From positions 8,534,380-8,598,379 of the forward strand of contig CM082591.2 in assembly GCA_040954595.2 (NCBI GenBank): a DNA stretch of 64,000 nt. The letters run 5' to 3'. Of this stretch, positions 12,301 through 27,300 are shown one piece after another. The notes beneath the pieces were generated by a model. That model saw only the letters and a list, made by a program, of their open reading frames with translations. It was not told the DNA's origin and searched no databases. The first letter of the stretch is position 1. The number at the start of each line of letters is the position of its first letter. A program made the translations under genes and the position numbers. Source of the stretch: Balanoglossus misakiensis (lineage: Eukaryota; Animalia; Hemichordata).

Positions 12301-15300
12301 TATGCTAATTTTCACCTGAGAGGTGTTATATCCGCACCAAATCCGTTGTTTGGTTGTTCCAGAACGTGCCAGCTGAGCGCGTGCAAACATGTTCTAGAAT
12401 GTCTATTGTCGCGCGACTTTATGCCACCGCCAGTAGAAATCATAAACTGACACGTGTTCTATTCAGGCGCGTTCTCTTCTTTGTGTTCCATTTCGGTTAT
12501 TTTTTTAACTTTTCACTGTTCAGGGTCGGGTCTTCTTGTCGAGAATATAAACCCCAGCTCCAGCCAATCATCAACTGGATTCACAACAAGCATATGATAA
12601 TTAGAGGTTATATACGGCTAGCGAGGGTATTTGGTTGCGGATATAAGACCTCTCTAGCATATTTGGCGGGAAATAATCACCGAGCGAATGCGTTCTATTC
12701 AGGCGCGTTCTCTTCTACATGTTCTATTTCGGTAACTTTTTAAAAACTATTCACTGTTCATGGTCCAGGGACTAGGTCTTCTTGTCGAGAATATAAACCC
12801 GGGCTCCAGCCAATCAGCGAGCTAGATGTTAAATTCATTTTATGCATGATGGCACTGTCATTCATTTTTGAGAATTTAGTTTAGACAATTTATCATGATC
12901 GAACTGTACATTTTCCCAAATGTATGAAATTAGTTATTAAAAACTACTACTACAAGGCTTACTACTACCTCTAAGAATAATTAATAATTTATCACTTTTT
13001 GGTATTCTTGCAGGAAAAAAGAACTCCGTTGTATTTGGCACTCGTGAACAATTATCAAGAAATCATACAACTGCTGTTGAAATCTAAATGCAAAATACAT
13101 CCTGATGTGGTAAATATGAATATTTTATTCTCTTGTACTTGAGCAACAGCCTACCTACAATAATGGATGCTTTGTTATAGTGTAGAATTTTACTGAACTA
13201 TTAAAATCCTCGAATGTGGGATATTTTCTATCAATAGGAATTTTGGGATAGTTTGGGATAGAGCATTTTATGATAACATTCTTTTTCACCACTACTTGTG
13301 GATTGTTACATGACAGGGGCGTAGGAAGAAATTGATTGGGGGGGGTCAAATATTACCTACATTGTGGTGGTGAATGATTTAAAATGAAAATGTGCATACA
13401 TGCATGAATTAAAAAAATTATACATGCATAAATTTAACTAATAAGTCATTGCAATAGTTAGTAGACGTAATAAATCAAGAGAAAAGGAGGTTGGTGTGAA
13501 AAGGGGTGTCAACCTGACACGTTAGAAAATTAAAAAAAATACAGAGCTCAAAGCTGCATTTTCAAAAGTAACTCAACAATGTTGGCAACATATTTTACCC
13601 TTGCCCCTCAAAGTAAGCATGTGGGGGGTTAAGTACTCTACTCTGGTACACAAAATAAAACAGCCAATAAATGAAAGACCATAAAGAATGATGGGGTGGG
13701 TTAGAAAATTGTATAATATAAAGAGCTTGAAACTCCATTTTTGTGGACTTAAATGTCACTAAAGTTGGGGGGAGGCAAAATTTTGTCTTTGACTCCTCAA
13801 CTTCAGCATTGGGAGGGTTCACAAGTGCCTTTCCTGGGACATGCCCCCCCCCCCCCCGCAAATGTTGTAATTAAGCTGTTTATCAGGCACACATTACAGA
13901 TTAATTTCTTCCAATAAGAACAGCCGTTCTACACAAAACTAAAAATCTCATTGATATTTTGAAGAGAGATGGCATGCCAACCTCCCAGTTATTATGGTTG
14001 CTCAAGCAAGGGATTGACAAAAACAAGATGGTTATTGATTCCGTGGCAAAATCAATTGATGTAAATGAAGAAATGGAGGTAAGTGCTTATACTTTAGTTA
14101 TTTGAACTATATAATATGCAAAACAAATGGCAAGGGAACATGATAAACATATGTCTACATGTGTACCTTATTATGGAAAATGAAATACATAATAAATAAA
14201 ACCCATAAAACTATGCGTTTTAAACGATTACTTTTATTTGCCCTTAAAGGATGGTCGGACATTATTACAGACATTTTCAGAGTCTGGAAATTTACCTGCT
14301 GTCAAGTTTCTGATGAAAAATGCAGCATGTGCTACAAAGTATTCAAAGGTAAACAACATTCAAGTTAATCTTTCCACCTTTTTCCCCCACAAAAATGGCT
14401 TGATGATCACACTGACCTATTCATTTTGCTTTTGTTTTGGTTGTTTCCTGTAAATACCTCTCGTTAATGCCCATGGGCCCATTACCTAAAAGTGTTACAA
14501 GCAAAAACGGTCACTCACAGTTACACAAACAGCTACAATGACTGCTTGGTTTAATTTTCAGGACAATAATCTGATGACATACCAGCACTGCGAAATGTAA
14601 TGTTGAATTTATGGGTTGTCCAACCGATGCAACAGCCAATTCCATGTTTATAACCTGTTTTAATGAGAAGCTTATGTGTGGTGTAAACTCATAACTATCA
14701 ACACACGTAGTCCAAGTAGGTGGTAATAGGCTATGGGCCGGACCTGAATATCGTTTCAAAATGCACTCTGTATTTTGGGGTCTATTTCTTTTACATAAAA
14801 AACAAGTCTTCTTGCTCTAATATGATAAAAGAAAAAAACTTCAACTTAAATATTGCGTCCACAGAGGTAATATCGAGCCCTAAAAATTAAGTATGCTAAT
14901 GAGGTTAAAGGTCACTGTTCTCCTTATAACAAGCGATCTGATTGGTGGCTACGTGACTGGACCAATCACAAAATGCATTATGTCACTCAACAATTACACA
15001 CAGGGCTAACTATCAGGCAGCTACATGTATACTAGTATACATAATACAGAAGATTAAACAGACTTTTTGGTAAGGAAAGTTTGAGCAGACTAGTCCATTC
15101 TATGTAAAAAAATGGAGCTGATTCCAAAAAAGTCAGTCTAATTGACCCCTTTCAAGACAAAATTGCCATTTTTGCCACTTTTAACCCAAAAAGGTCATTT
15201 ATAAAAACCCACTCTGTTTTCATCACATTCGGAGATCTGATGACATGCGATATGCCTATTCCATGTAAAATTTGGTGGATATTAAAAAAACCCAGTGTGA

Positions 15301-18300
15301 TTGACCCTATACAAGACAAAATTGCCTTTTTGACTATTTTTGTCCAAAAAACGTCATTTTTAGACAAAATTTTAAACACACTGTTTTCTTCATATTGGTT
15401 GATCTGATGATTTATGGAAAGTCAATTCTATGTTGAAAGTGGTTACTATTAAATAATAAAATTATAAAGCAGTCTTATTGACCCCAATCAATACAAAAAT
15501 GCCATTTTTAGCTACATTTTTGGGGTCAAAAAGGTCATTTTTACAAAAACACTAAAAAATAACTGTTTTCTTCATATTCAGAGATCATGTGATGAATGAA
15601 AAGTTCATTTTATGTAAACACGGTTCTGATTCCAGAAATACCAGTCTTATTGACCCCCTCCCCAAAATTGCCATTTTTGCCACTTTTTGCCCCAAAAGGC
15701 CATTTTTAGAAAAAAATAAAAACAAACTTTTCTTCATTTAGTTCAGAGTTCATGTGATATATGAAAAGTTCATTCTTTGAAAAATTGGTGCTGATTCCAA
15801 AAATAGCAGTCTTATTGACCCCACTCAAGACAAAATTGCCAATTTTACACTTTTTCCCCAGAAATGTCATTTTTAGAAAAAAATAAAAACAATCTCTTTT
15901 CTGCAAATTTCGAGATTTGATGATGTATGAAAAGTCAACAACACCTATTTTACATAAAATGGACTCTTCGTACTTCATCAAATCTCCAAATAAGAAGAAA
16001 ACAGTTTGTTTTTATTTAATTTTTCTAAAAATGGCCTTTTGAGAGGTGGTCAATAAGACCTTTGGGGGAATAGTCATGAAATATATACATAGGGTAGGCA
16101 TATAATACAGTATGAGATCTCTGAAAGTGGAGAAAATATATAAGTTTTGAGTGTTTGCTAAAAATGACCTTTTTTGGGCAAAACTGGCAAAAATGGCAAT
16201 CTGGTTTGATGTTACTTCTGGTTCTGATTGATCTCACTGGAACAGTGTTATAGTGATCTCTATCTGATTGGCGTCACCATCTGTTTCTTTGCAACAACTC
16301 TCTCAGTGCTATTTGAAACTTGACCATTTTACTTAGGCTGCATTCACAAACGCCTCTGGAGGGGGGAGGGATTCAAATCTTTTACCCTTTTCTTTCTAAT
16401 GCCTCCCCTGTAAACAACCCGAAATATTTTCAGTTCCCCCTTCCGAATTGCAAACAAATTGAAATCCCCCCCCCCCCTTTTGGGTGAGGGGCGGTGAATC
16501 AATAAATTAATTTAATAGTGGTCACTCTCACATGCACTGGTTGAGTTGTGCCATGTTCAGCTGGTTTTTCCTCAGCATGTTGCATTTCTGTGTCACAATA
16601 TTCATCAGGTGATCCATGTATATCTCATATGAATTTCCTATTGCGTCTGTATACTTTTCTGTCATTTGTTTCCACCAAATACGACCTTGGAAAACTTTAC
16701 CTACTCAGGATCATTTTATCGATGGGTCTCGGCGATTGGTAGACTAGTCTGACAGACAATTCTGGCAACTGTTTTCCAGGCTTGTCATACAACATCTTTG
16801 GTTTCTGCTTCCGGATCTTGATACTATTTGAACACCTGTGATGGCTCTGGATTGCAGTAGCACTTACATGTATGGTGTCAGTAGTAATGTACGTGTTCTA
16901 CAAGACATAAACTTCCTTGTAGGACTGCAATCATCTGAACTATTTGGAGTAGTTCTCTAATTCAGAAAGAAGAAATATAGGTTTTTCTCATCTCTTCTTT
17001 ATTTCTTGATCAGCTTTTCTGGCAGTTTTCACAACTGATTTTACTTTACATGATAACTATGAATGTGGAAAATTTGGTGACATGTTCGAATTCCCAATCT
17101 CTCGCAAACATAGCATATTCTATAGAAATGAACTGAGGACTATATATGGCCTGGCATCACTTTATCGACCGAAATGAGTCTTGGTACACTGAATGGCCTG
17201 GCATGGCCTGACCTTGTCGAATCTGTTAATGTCCAAGAAATCGATGCAGTAATCAACTGTGAAAAGATAATCGGCTTTCATATAGCTGAAGAGAACTTGT
17301 CCCACCAATTTTCCATTGTGTGGTTGGAATCTCGTGTGACATCAATGGTTCTTTCTGCTGTTTGCTCAGATACTCGTTGCACAATATATTACACTGGCTG
17401 AGTTTTTCTTTCAATTCAGCTGACTTTCCTGTCTAGTAAAGTGCATCTTGTGCTCAGTGTACACATGCATGCATGCTTCTGCTCCAAAATGTCTCGAATG
17501 AAGTCTATTAATCATCTTTGGTCTATTTATGGTTTTGAGACCACAGGGGTCTCGATCAAAACCCTCTTAAAATTGTGTTGTTTTTAGGTCCCATTGGTAT
17601 AGGCATATATACCATGAGACCTTGTGGGATTGGTTGCGTCTGTATGGATGGATGTATTGGTGGATGGATGTCCATCCACATCAAAAACTTGAAAACCGCT
17701 GTGCATATAACCTCGGCATTTGGTGTGTAGACGCAGGCCGGGTTGTAGAGGGGAGTTTGTTCAAATGAAGGTGTCATTGCCAAAAATATGCAAATTAGCT
17801 GGGAAAATGTGAACTTGGTCAAAACTCAACAAATCGACAACCACTGGTCATATTGATTTGAAAATTGGTGTGCATGTACTTTATGTCAACCTCATACAGT
17901 CCTTATGTTTTGAGCTAATATCATCGATTTGCTATTTTTTATGCATTTTTTGTATTTTCCAAGATTATTGGTAAAACATCTTTATTTCTGAATGTGATAG
18001 GTTGACTGCTTCGAAATTTATTTTGAAGCTTCCTATATGTGGTCTGAGTTACCATAGTTCTGTTAAAATTGTTGCAAACTTTGCATATTTTTAATTTTGA
18101 GCAATTTTTGCCATTTTTGGTCAATTTTTTTCTCTAAAACTGCATGCCAGATTGCTTTGCAATTTGGTTGGTATGTTCCTAAGTAAGGCGTCTTTTCCAC
18201 ATTTTTGGTAGAAAATCTACTTTTCTGGAATTGATCAGCCGACTTCTTTGAAATTTAGTATGGAGCTTCATATAGGTGATCTGAGCACCAAAGTTTTGTT

Positions 18301-21300
18301 TAAATTGCTGCAAAATTTGCATTTGTATAATTTTGGAGCAATTTTTTGCCTTTTTGATCAAATTTGTTTTCCTGTAAAACCGCTTGTAAGATTGCTTTGA
18401 AATTTGGTAGGCATGTTCCTTGGGGTATCCCAAGTATGATTTGCATTTATGTTTTTCAAATCAGCTTGGAGAATTCAATAATATATTTTGGGGTGACTTT
18501 TGGCATTTTTGGTCAAAACTCTTTCTCAGAACCTCTACCCCATTGCTATTCAATTTGATTTGAGAGTTTCTGGGTGATTTGTCATGATGATTTACAAAAC
18601 CTATGATGATTGAAACTGTCAATGTGTGGGCAATATCTTGTATTTTTGGGGCATATTTTTGAATTTTGATAAAAAAAAAAATATTCCTCAGAAAGTGTAT
18701 GGGTGATGACTTTAACATTTGAGTTGTAAGTTAATGGGATTGGCTTCTTTCAAATTATAATGGAATCAAAAAAATCAAATCATAGGTAATTCGGAACTTT
18801 TATATTTTGTAGGATATTTTGTCTTATACCACAAAACATTTCATCTCAAGAAGAGCAATTACCAGTACATTCTTCGTAATAAAAGATGCACCCTACTGAC
18901 ATTTGTAAACACAGCAAATTCCTGCTTGATTACAAATGTGTGTGTGTGTGTGCGTCTGTCTGTATATGTACATGTTCTCTGGTGTAGACTTTTTTCTTGT
19001 GTAATCACTAAATGGGACACCGTGTCCTTGACGCGATTTTTTTTAAGTTTCTTTGTTTTTGGTTAGCAGATCTTCTCCTAAACCAATTGTCCAGTTGTTT
19101 TGAAAGTGACGGTTTACAAGGAGTTGTTACCCCCAACTTAGACATGTTTACATAACTTTAAATGGCCATCTGTTACAGAGACCACCGGCTATTAAATTTT
19201 TAATTACCAGTGGCAGGTCAGTGAGCGCCTTTGTCTGCCTGTGTGTCTGTTACAGGGCTAACTGAGCAATGTTGCTGGTCGTATGTCTGTGTACAGACAA
19301 TTTTGGTCAAAAATAAATTTTTCTAGCACCACTTGTAAGACTGCCATGACACTGTCATGAGCTGAAAAATGGGTGTCATAGGATGATCAAAGGAAATCAG
19401 GAGCCCCGGCTGTTTCGACAATTTTTGCTGTGTAGTTTTTTTTTTGCAATATGCTTCACGATATAGGGCCTAGTTGAACACGAACATTTCCGAAGCAAAA
19501 GTATCATCTGTCTCAGCAATAAGCACCGAAATAATATGCCAATGTTTGACACCCATTTTTCAGCTCGATTTGCATTTTGACTGTCCACCGAAGGGTCGGG
19601 AACTTTTATAAAACCTTTCGCCGTGTTTTGCCAACTCTGTTTTTGCTCCTACTTGCGAGGCAGCCAGCCATGTCAACTGTCTGTGTACGTTAGCGTGCGC
19701 ACGGTGGCGTCTGCTACTGGTGACTAGTCTCTTACGTCACACCGCATATTGAGATCGACGCTACGCTGCTGCACGATAAGTGAAAGTGAATAAAATCGAC
19801 GCAAATCACTCATGTTTTTCACAAAGATTTTATTAGAATCTCTCTACAAGGAAGGTGTCGGTTCACTTTAATTATGTGCATACCTAATTCCAGGCAAACC
19901 AATAGGGCTACAGGTCTGGCTTTTGTTGGACCAGTATTTGGTCAAATTTTTTGCCCACATTTTGGGTGACCTTTGACCTACTTTCACATATATACTTTCG
20001 CATGTCTTGGCATCCAGAGCAGGTACAGCTTAGGTGTTTGGGCGGATGGGACCATAATGAAGAGCGACATTTTGGGGTCACCTGTGACACCTGCTGAACT
20101 CATTATGTACATACCTAATTCCAGGCAAACCAATAGGGCTACAGGTCTGGATTTTGTTGGACATGGACCAGTATTGGGTCATTTTTTGGCCCATATTTTG
20201 GGTGACCTTGGGTGACCTTTGACCTACTTTCACATATCACGGCATCCAGAGCAGGTACAGCCTTAGCGTTTGGAGGGTTTAGAACATAATGAAAAGCAAA
20301 ATATTTGGGTCACCTGTGACACCTGCCTAACTATGTGCATAAGTAATTCCAGGCGAACCAATAGGGCTAGAGGTGTATTTTTTGTTAGACATGGACCAGT
20401 ATAGCGTCAAAATTTTCTGCTCATATTTAGGGTGACCTCACGTGACCTTTGACCTACTTTCCCATATCTGAGCATCAACAGCACATACACCATTGGCATT
20501 TGGAGTGATAGAACAACTAATGCAGTCCTACACCCTGTCTCATTAAATATGCACATATCTATCTCCAGGCGAACCAATAGGGCTAGTTGTGTCTCGAAAC
20601 CCGCCAATACATATCTTTGGAACTATGATTTGATAACCTTCGTACAGAATTCCATTCTGCACTGTGACTTCATCCCTGTAAGACCAATAATCTCTGATGC
20701 ACACAGGAGCTTCATTTATGGTGGCTGATCACACTTACGAAAAAATAAGGCTTCTGGCGAACAGTTATGGTAAACTTACCGCAACTTTGCGCACGTATAC
20801 TGCAACTGTTTGCGGTGCATACGCGGCTAATGTATATTTTCGCATGCAAATGACCTGTTCCGGTGCACAGTTGCGGTAAACATACCGCAACTTTGCGGCA
20901 CATATGCCAAAACAAGGTTTTGCGATGTACAATGCCACAAATTCTGCCCTCTTGCTAATGGTGGACCAGAATAGGTTTTGCGTGCATATGCCGCAAATTA
21001 TGCCCTCTTGCTAATATTTAACCCCTACTGTGACCCTGGCCACCAGCCACTCCAAAAACATTTGCCAATTCTTTCCATTCTGGTCTTAAGTTTGCAATGA
21101 CACATTATTTCCGGTCCCATTACATGTATCCTAATTAAGGTTCACAAATCTTAATTCTCATGTGAATTTGGTGTGTCGTATTCATACATGTACTTCCCAT
21201 AAAGAGAGTTATCCCAAGTATATTCAACAGGCTTAGACAAAACATCCTTTCTTTGTGAAATTGTGACCCTCATTGTTTATTTCAACAGCAGGCATTATTT

Positions 21301-24300
21301 TATAGCTATCTCAAGTGATTCAACTACCACAGAAACCAACAACATTTAGAAAATCACCCAGCTGTATACATGTCAATTTGCAATGTTCTTGTCTCAAGTG
21401 TCCTCTAACTGGTGTAATATGTCTTGGATCAACACCAGAGTTTTATTTTGCAGATACTTTTCCATTTAATCTGACTTTTAGTACTAGTATGACATCATCC
21501 TCAGGAAATTGTTCATAGTACTATAACCTCTGGTAATTATGCACAAATATTGCTACCACAGTATTCAAGTGAAGCAGCTTCCAGATGATGGATTGGTGAC
21601 AACAAATTCACAGTTTTAAATAGGCACAGCGATCACAGTGTAACATTACACAATCAAAATGTCCGCCTAAATTAAAACAGCCTCATTCTCATTTCTGCAC
21701 ATGTCACCAAAAAGTAATTATTAACTAGCTGCACATTCAAATTCTGTTAACTTGAACGTTCTGGCATATATACCGCAACCGTGCTGCAGCAGGCTCCACT
21801 GATCACCAGATTATATCAAACTCCCTGTTTTTTACTTAACTTTTGTGGCATCTATACTAGTCGCATCTAGATCTGTCATGTTTTTTGTTCTGTTATAAGG
21901 GAGCATTCGTTTTTTACAGGGAGGGGGGGGGCCGGTGGAATTTGAGTCGCCGACTAAATGTAAAAGGCAACCCCCCCTGGAAATTACTTTTCTAAAATGT
22001 GACCCCCCCCCCCCCAAAAAAAAAAGTTTATCCACCGGATTAAACTTATCAAACTTTGTCAGATATTTGTGTATGTTCGACATACCACATTGAAGGGGGT
22101 GGGTTTGGGAGGGGGTGTCCCCCTCCCACGTAAGAAAATTTTATAACATACAGAGCTCAAAGCTGCATTTTAATGAACCCAGCAAAAGCAAATTAACGTC
22201 GCCGCTCAAAGTTATCATGGGGTGGGGGCAAGTCCCCGGACCTGGGACGCTAGATAAACCAGTCAATGATTGAAAGGTGTTGATGAATGAAGGGGGTGTC
22301 CCCCTCCCACATTAGAAAATTTTGTAAAATAAAGGACGCGAAACTGCATTTTTGTGGACTCAAAATAAATATTTAGCCGTCAATGTTTTCAAGTCCCCCC
22401 CCTTTCAGTCCCTATATAATAATCCCTTGATTATAAAATTTGCCCCCCCCCCTAAAAACTGCTTTGTAAAAGTAAACCCCCCCTGATTTCCACCGCCCCC
22501 CCCCCTCCCTGTAAAAAACGAATGCTCCCTAATTTAACTATAATTGATGAAGAAACAGGAGAATTGATAAACTATGATAATTGGTCACTTCATAGAGAGG
22601 ATAAAATGTGCTATAATCGTCACACTTGCATTTTCTTTTGGATCCAGGAAGGATACACTGCCATGTATTATGCAGCTATGAAACGCAATGATGAAGTTGT
22701 TAAGTATTTCCTGCAGCACAAACCATTGATCCTTGCAAAAAATCAGGAGGTACAGTCAGCCAACATGTTATTGCTATTACTCTTACCATCATGAAATATA
22801 GAAAAAGCAGTACACTAATAATTAATACGTTACAGAAACCACTGTGTATGTATGTACCAGGATATGTTTGTGTGTATGTACGTACGCACGCAATGGAGCA
22901 GTTTTATAAAGTACACATGATTGAATATTACTGACACATGACTTAATAGCGGAAATTCTTTCCCAACATGAACATGCAGTTTTCCATAAGTGTCATTCAA
23001 GGATAATGTTGACATTGATATTTTAAGTTGGGACAGTGCTCAGTATATATCCATGGTGTCATTGACATCAAAAAGCGGGTGATTATGTTACACAGAACCA
23101 AACAATATTGCAATTTTTTGGAACATTGATGTACACTTATGTTAACTTATTATGAAATTTACACAAATTCACTTAACAGATATCTGCTTTGTATTGGGCA
23201 ATACAACAGTCCTTGGCTGAAGTCGTGACTTCATTGATGAATGCTGGTATTGACATCAACAGTGGAATACAGGGTCTTGAGGTTAGGTTTTCTCCATACT
23301 CCAACACTAGAATCAGCAACATCATAGTTTTTTCCAAACCCATCCTGACTGTTATTGCTCTAGGTTTGGATTGACACCTATTTCAAGGCTATCATCAACA
23401 AACCAGGCTTTATTTATAATAGTGCATAGTAGTAGTACAAGGTGCTAAGTACCGGTACGCTAACAATAATCAAGGTAAACCCAGATTCTGCAGAGAATGC
23501 TTTACCTTCTAGTTAAAGTAACTCTGATAATGAATTTTACATATAATAAAATTTAGTTTGCATTGTAGAAAAAGACATTCCACAGAAACAACTTTCAACT
23601 AACAGTTGTGTATACTTCAAATTCATCTCTGTGGGGTTAGCAAATTTTACAGTTAAGATTGTTATAATGTGGACATATGCTTACACATTTTATACATATA
23701 CCATTTTCATCTGCAGAACCATCCACAAGATACAACAATTCTCCATTTTGCTGCAAGGAAGGGTGACAAGAGTACTGTTCAAAGCTGTCTGCAATGGAAA
23801 ACAGATATTAATAAGTTTGACGGGGTAATTTATTGTTTGATTATTATAACTATTATTGTTGAAAGTTCAGTGGTTTAAAGAATAACAACACATGTAGACG
23901 TACTTTGAAGTTTTGCAGCTAAAGGATGTATGAAGGTTAATTATCAGAAAATACATATAGTTTACTTGAAAATCTGAAATGAGCCATTAAATGGTGGAGT
24001 TCATTAGTTATGCTGATTAAAGACTTAGACATTTATCTTTCTATAATTTTCTGCGAAAAACAGGACACTTTTACAGCATTGTTCTACGCTATGAGGGATA
24101 GGCACATTGACATAGTTAAGATTTTACTGGTACATGGTGCTAACTGCTTCAGGAAAACACAGGTGAGTGTTATTATTATTCAGATTATTATTTTTATATA
24201 ATTCTTAATTTATTATTTATAACATTAACAATTTCGCACAAGTGAATTTTCTTAAATCAATTGGTTTATAATTTAGTAATAAATTCACTTTAACCATGGT

Positions 24301-27300
24301 GGTATATATATCTTTATTTAAAACACGCGCTCATCTATTTTCAACTATGCTCATTTACTTTCTGCTGATTCATGCATCGCAAAATTGTTACAAAAATTGC
24401 AATATATATATTAGCTACCTGCCCACCAACACAGGTTATATGGCAGAAACATAGAGAAATATTGCATTTACCTTGTTTTTTAATGTTTTTACCACATGAG
24501 CCAGCAATGTAAATGAGCGCAGACGAAATAAATAAGCGTGCGTTTTAATTCCTGATAATACGGTTGTAAGTGTAATAATATTATACCTATATGTTTCAAT
24601 GGTACGGTGTAGATATGCAGATTATAGCTTAATTGCCTCTTATTCTTAAACTTTATATTCAGGTAGCAATTTAGTGGTTACAACTATATTTGTGTTCTAA
24701 AAATGTAATTCATATGATGTTCATTGACTTCGTTATACCACTTATGGGCACATTGTTATTCTACAAAATTTGACCAAGTCAACAGTATTTCCTGATACTT
24801 TTATGTGTGTGGCTTATGCATATATTGATTGATTGCCCATTTTATAACAACTCCCTCCATTTTGAAGACGATTAAAATAATCACGCAAAAGCTGACTTGA
24901 TGGCGTTTGTTCAAAGCTTTATTCCTGTTATTCAAAAAGTGGGTATTAACAAACATTATAATTCTGTTACACAATATTTTACAATTTTGTAAACATACAA
25001 AATATAACAACTCCCTCCATTTTGAAGACGATTAAAATAATCACGCAAAAGCTGACTTGATGGCGTTTGTTCAAAGCTTTATTCCTGTTATTCAAAAAGT
25101 GGGTATTAACAAACATTATAATACTGTTACACAATATTTTACAATTTTGTAAACATACATCTGCCATGAAAGACTAGACAGATCTTCATGATCTTTGCGC
25201 GATCTGTGCCATACATAATTATTTTCACGAGACATGTGGTGTAGTCAACAGTAGTACTTTCACTCGCTGCATTTTTGAAAGTACAGCAGAATACTCCACA
25301 TCACGAGTGAAAATAACTTCTGTATGGCACTGTCCAGGTTGGGGAGTTCATGGTGTTCTAATATTATTGCATATGTTTCTTCAGAATTTACAAAAATCAA
25401 AGTTTTGAGCATGGCATTTTGATTTTCATTACTGTGATGCATCAGAGATGATGCAACCCAGAGTCAGCCATTCAAGAAACAAAATTACTTAACTTTTGTT
25501 AATAAAAGTACCGGTAGGGTCATGTAGGGTCATTTCATCTATGGATTATTTCAGGTCGGGTGATTGCGTTTGTCAAATTTGAGAACACTGGCAATAGCAA
25601 GAGATGTTTGTAATTTTAGAGTGTTCCCAAATGTACTGATAAATAAACATTTTGTTATTATGACAAGAGTTGGGAAGGAATATACAATGACATGCCAGAC
25701 TGTTGAAAAATTCCCACATTTCAGCAATCATAACTTATCTCTATGCATTCTTGGCATTCATTGTTTACAAACACGACATAGTCCCACTTGTTTAGTCATT
25801 TGCATAAAATGCCGTGGACACGTGTCTAATTTACATAGTTTTTTAATGGTTTCTGATAATCTCAATTCATGCTATATGTAAGTTTTGACCTGTTATACAT
25901 GAAGTATGTTTGTTGTTAATATTTGATAATAGCGAGAGTAAAACTAAGCAAGTGTAAAGTGGAACTTTCCTGTTGATTGTTAACTGAACAAACTGTAAAA
26001 TTTAATTTTGAAAGGGAATATATTTTGCCTCATTCTCACAGTACTAGCTATGTTGTAGTTAGCCACATAATAATCCGCAGTACATATGCATGCATAATTG
26101 CAATAATTACTATTTTACCATTTGCAACCATATTTTCTAACATCAAGATTTAACTTTGTGTTCGGAGGTTCGCTTTGTAGAGGAATTAAATATAAATGAG
26201 ATGGCTAGTTTTAACAACAACGAACCCCCTCTTTAGTCAATTTGATACACTAACCAATTCAAAACAGTTACTGTTTGAAAAAAGCTATATGTGAACACTT
26301 ACCGGTACATTGGGCAATGTGTAGAATATAATACAACCTAGAGATTAAACGCATTTCCAATCTGACCCCTCCTTTTACCTGGTGTAACTTGTGGCATTTT
26401 GAGCGCAAACTTGTCTTGAGTTCCAAGCCTCTACTTGGTTTGTCCACAGACAAAGAGAAAAAACAGACTAGCAACGCGGCATGTCCCTTTGATGTTATGT
26501 GCACCTCGATAAACAACGGCTGTGATAAGCTTCAAATGTGTCAGACTCCGCGGAGACCAGGGTTGGTCTCGCATATGCGTCATTATTGTACGATATTATG
26601 CGACAATTGTGGCGAGATTTCCCAGAATACTTTGCGGTAGCGTCATTTTATCGACAGCAACCTACAGTGTCAACCTATGGCTTCCAACAATGCGAACGAT
26701 GACATAATATCATAAGAAACCCTAGTTGCCTTAGAATAGCTGGCGGTAATTTCTTACAGTTTTCATGCTCCAAACGGCAAACTGCAAGTCTGTTAAGTGC
26801 AAATGCTATACAACGACCCAATGGACCATCACCGACATTAAACACAGTAACAACACACCGCATTTTCCTTGACATCCAATTTGACAGATCGTACCATGAC
26901 CTTGCTTGGCACCGCTTTTCACTCAGGACACGACTGAACACTACTTCACGACGACTATATTTACACGTTAGAAGTATTATTTACGCTAACAACCTCGCAG
27001 ATTTACAAAGGACAATATTCGGCGAACCGGAATCCATTCCAACAAATTCGAGATTGATGATCAAACCTTTTGAAATTTGCGATCAAACATACTTATTATA
27101 TATTCATAAATTTTTCGTACAAACTATTAAAATGGTCAAACTCATCTCTCCGATACTCAAACTTCCTCAAATGTTCGCTGTCCACTCAGCTTCCGTCCCA
27201 GCTGACTGACAACAACAACACGAACTTTCACGAAAACACTTTCGTTTTATAATCGGGAAAATTCCGGACATTGCCGAAGTGGATACGTTCGGAAATCTTC

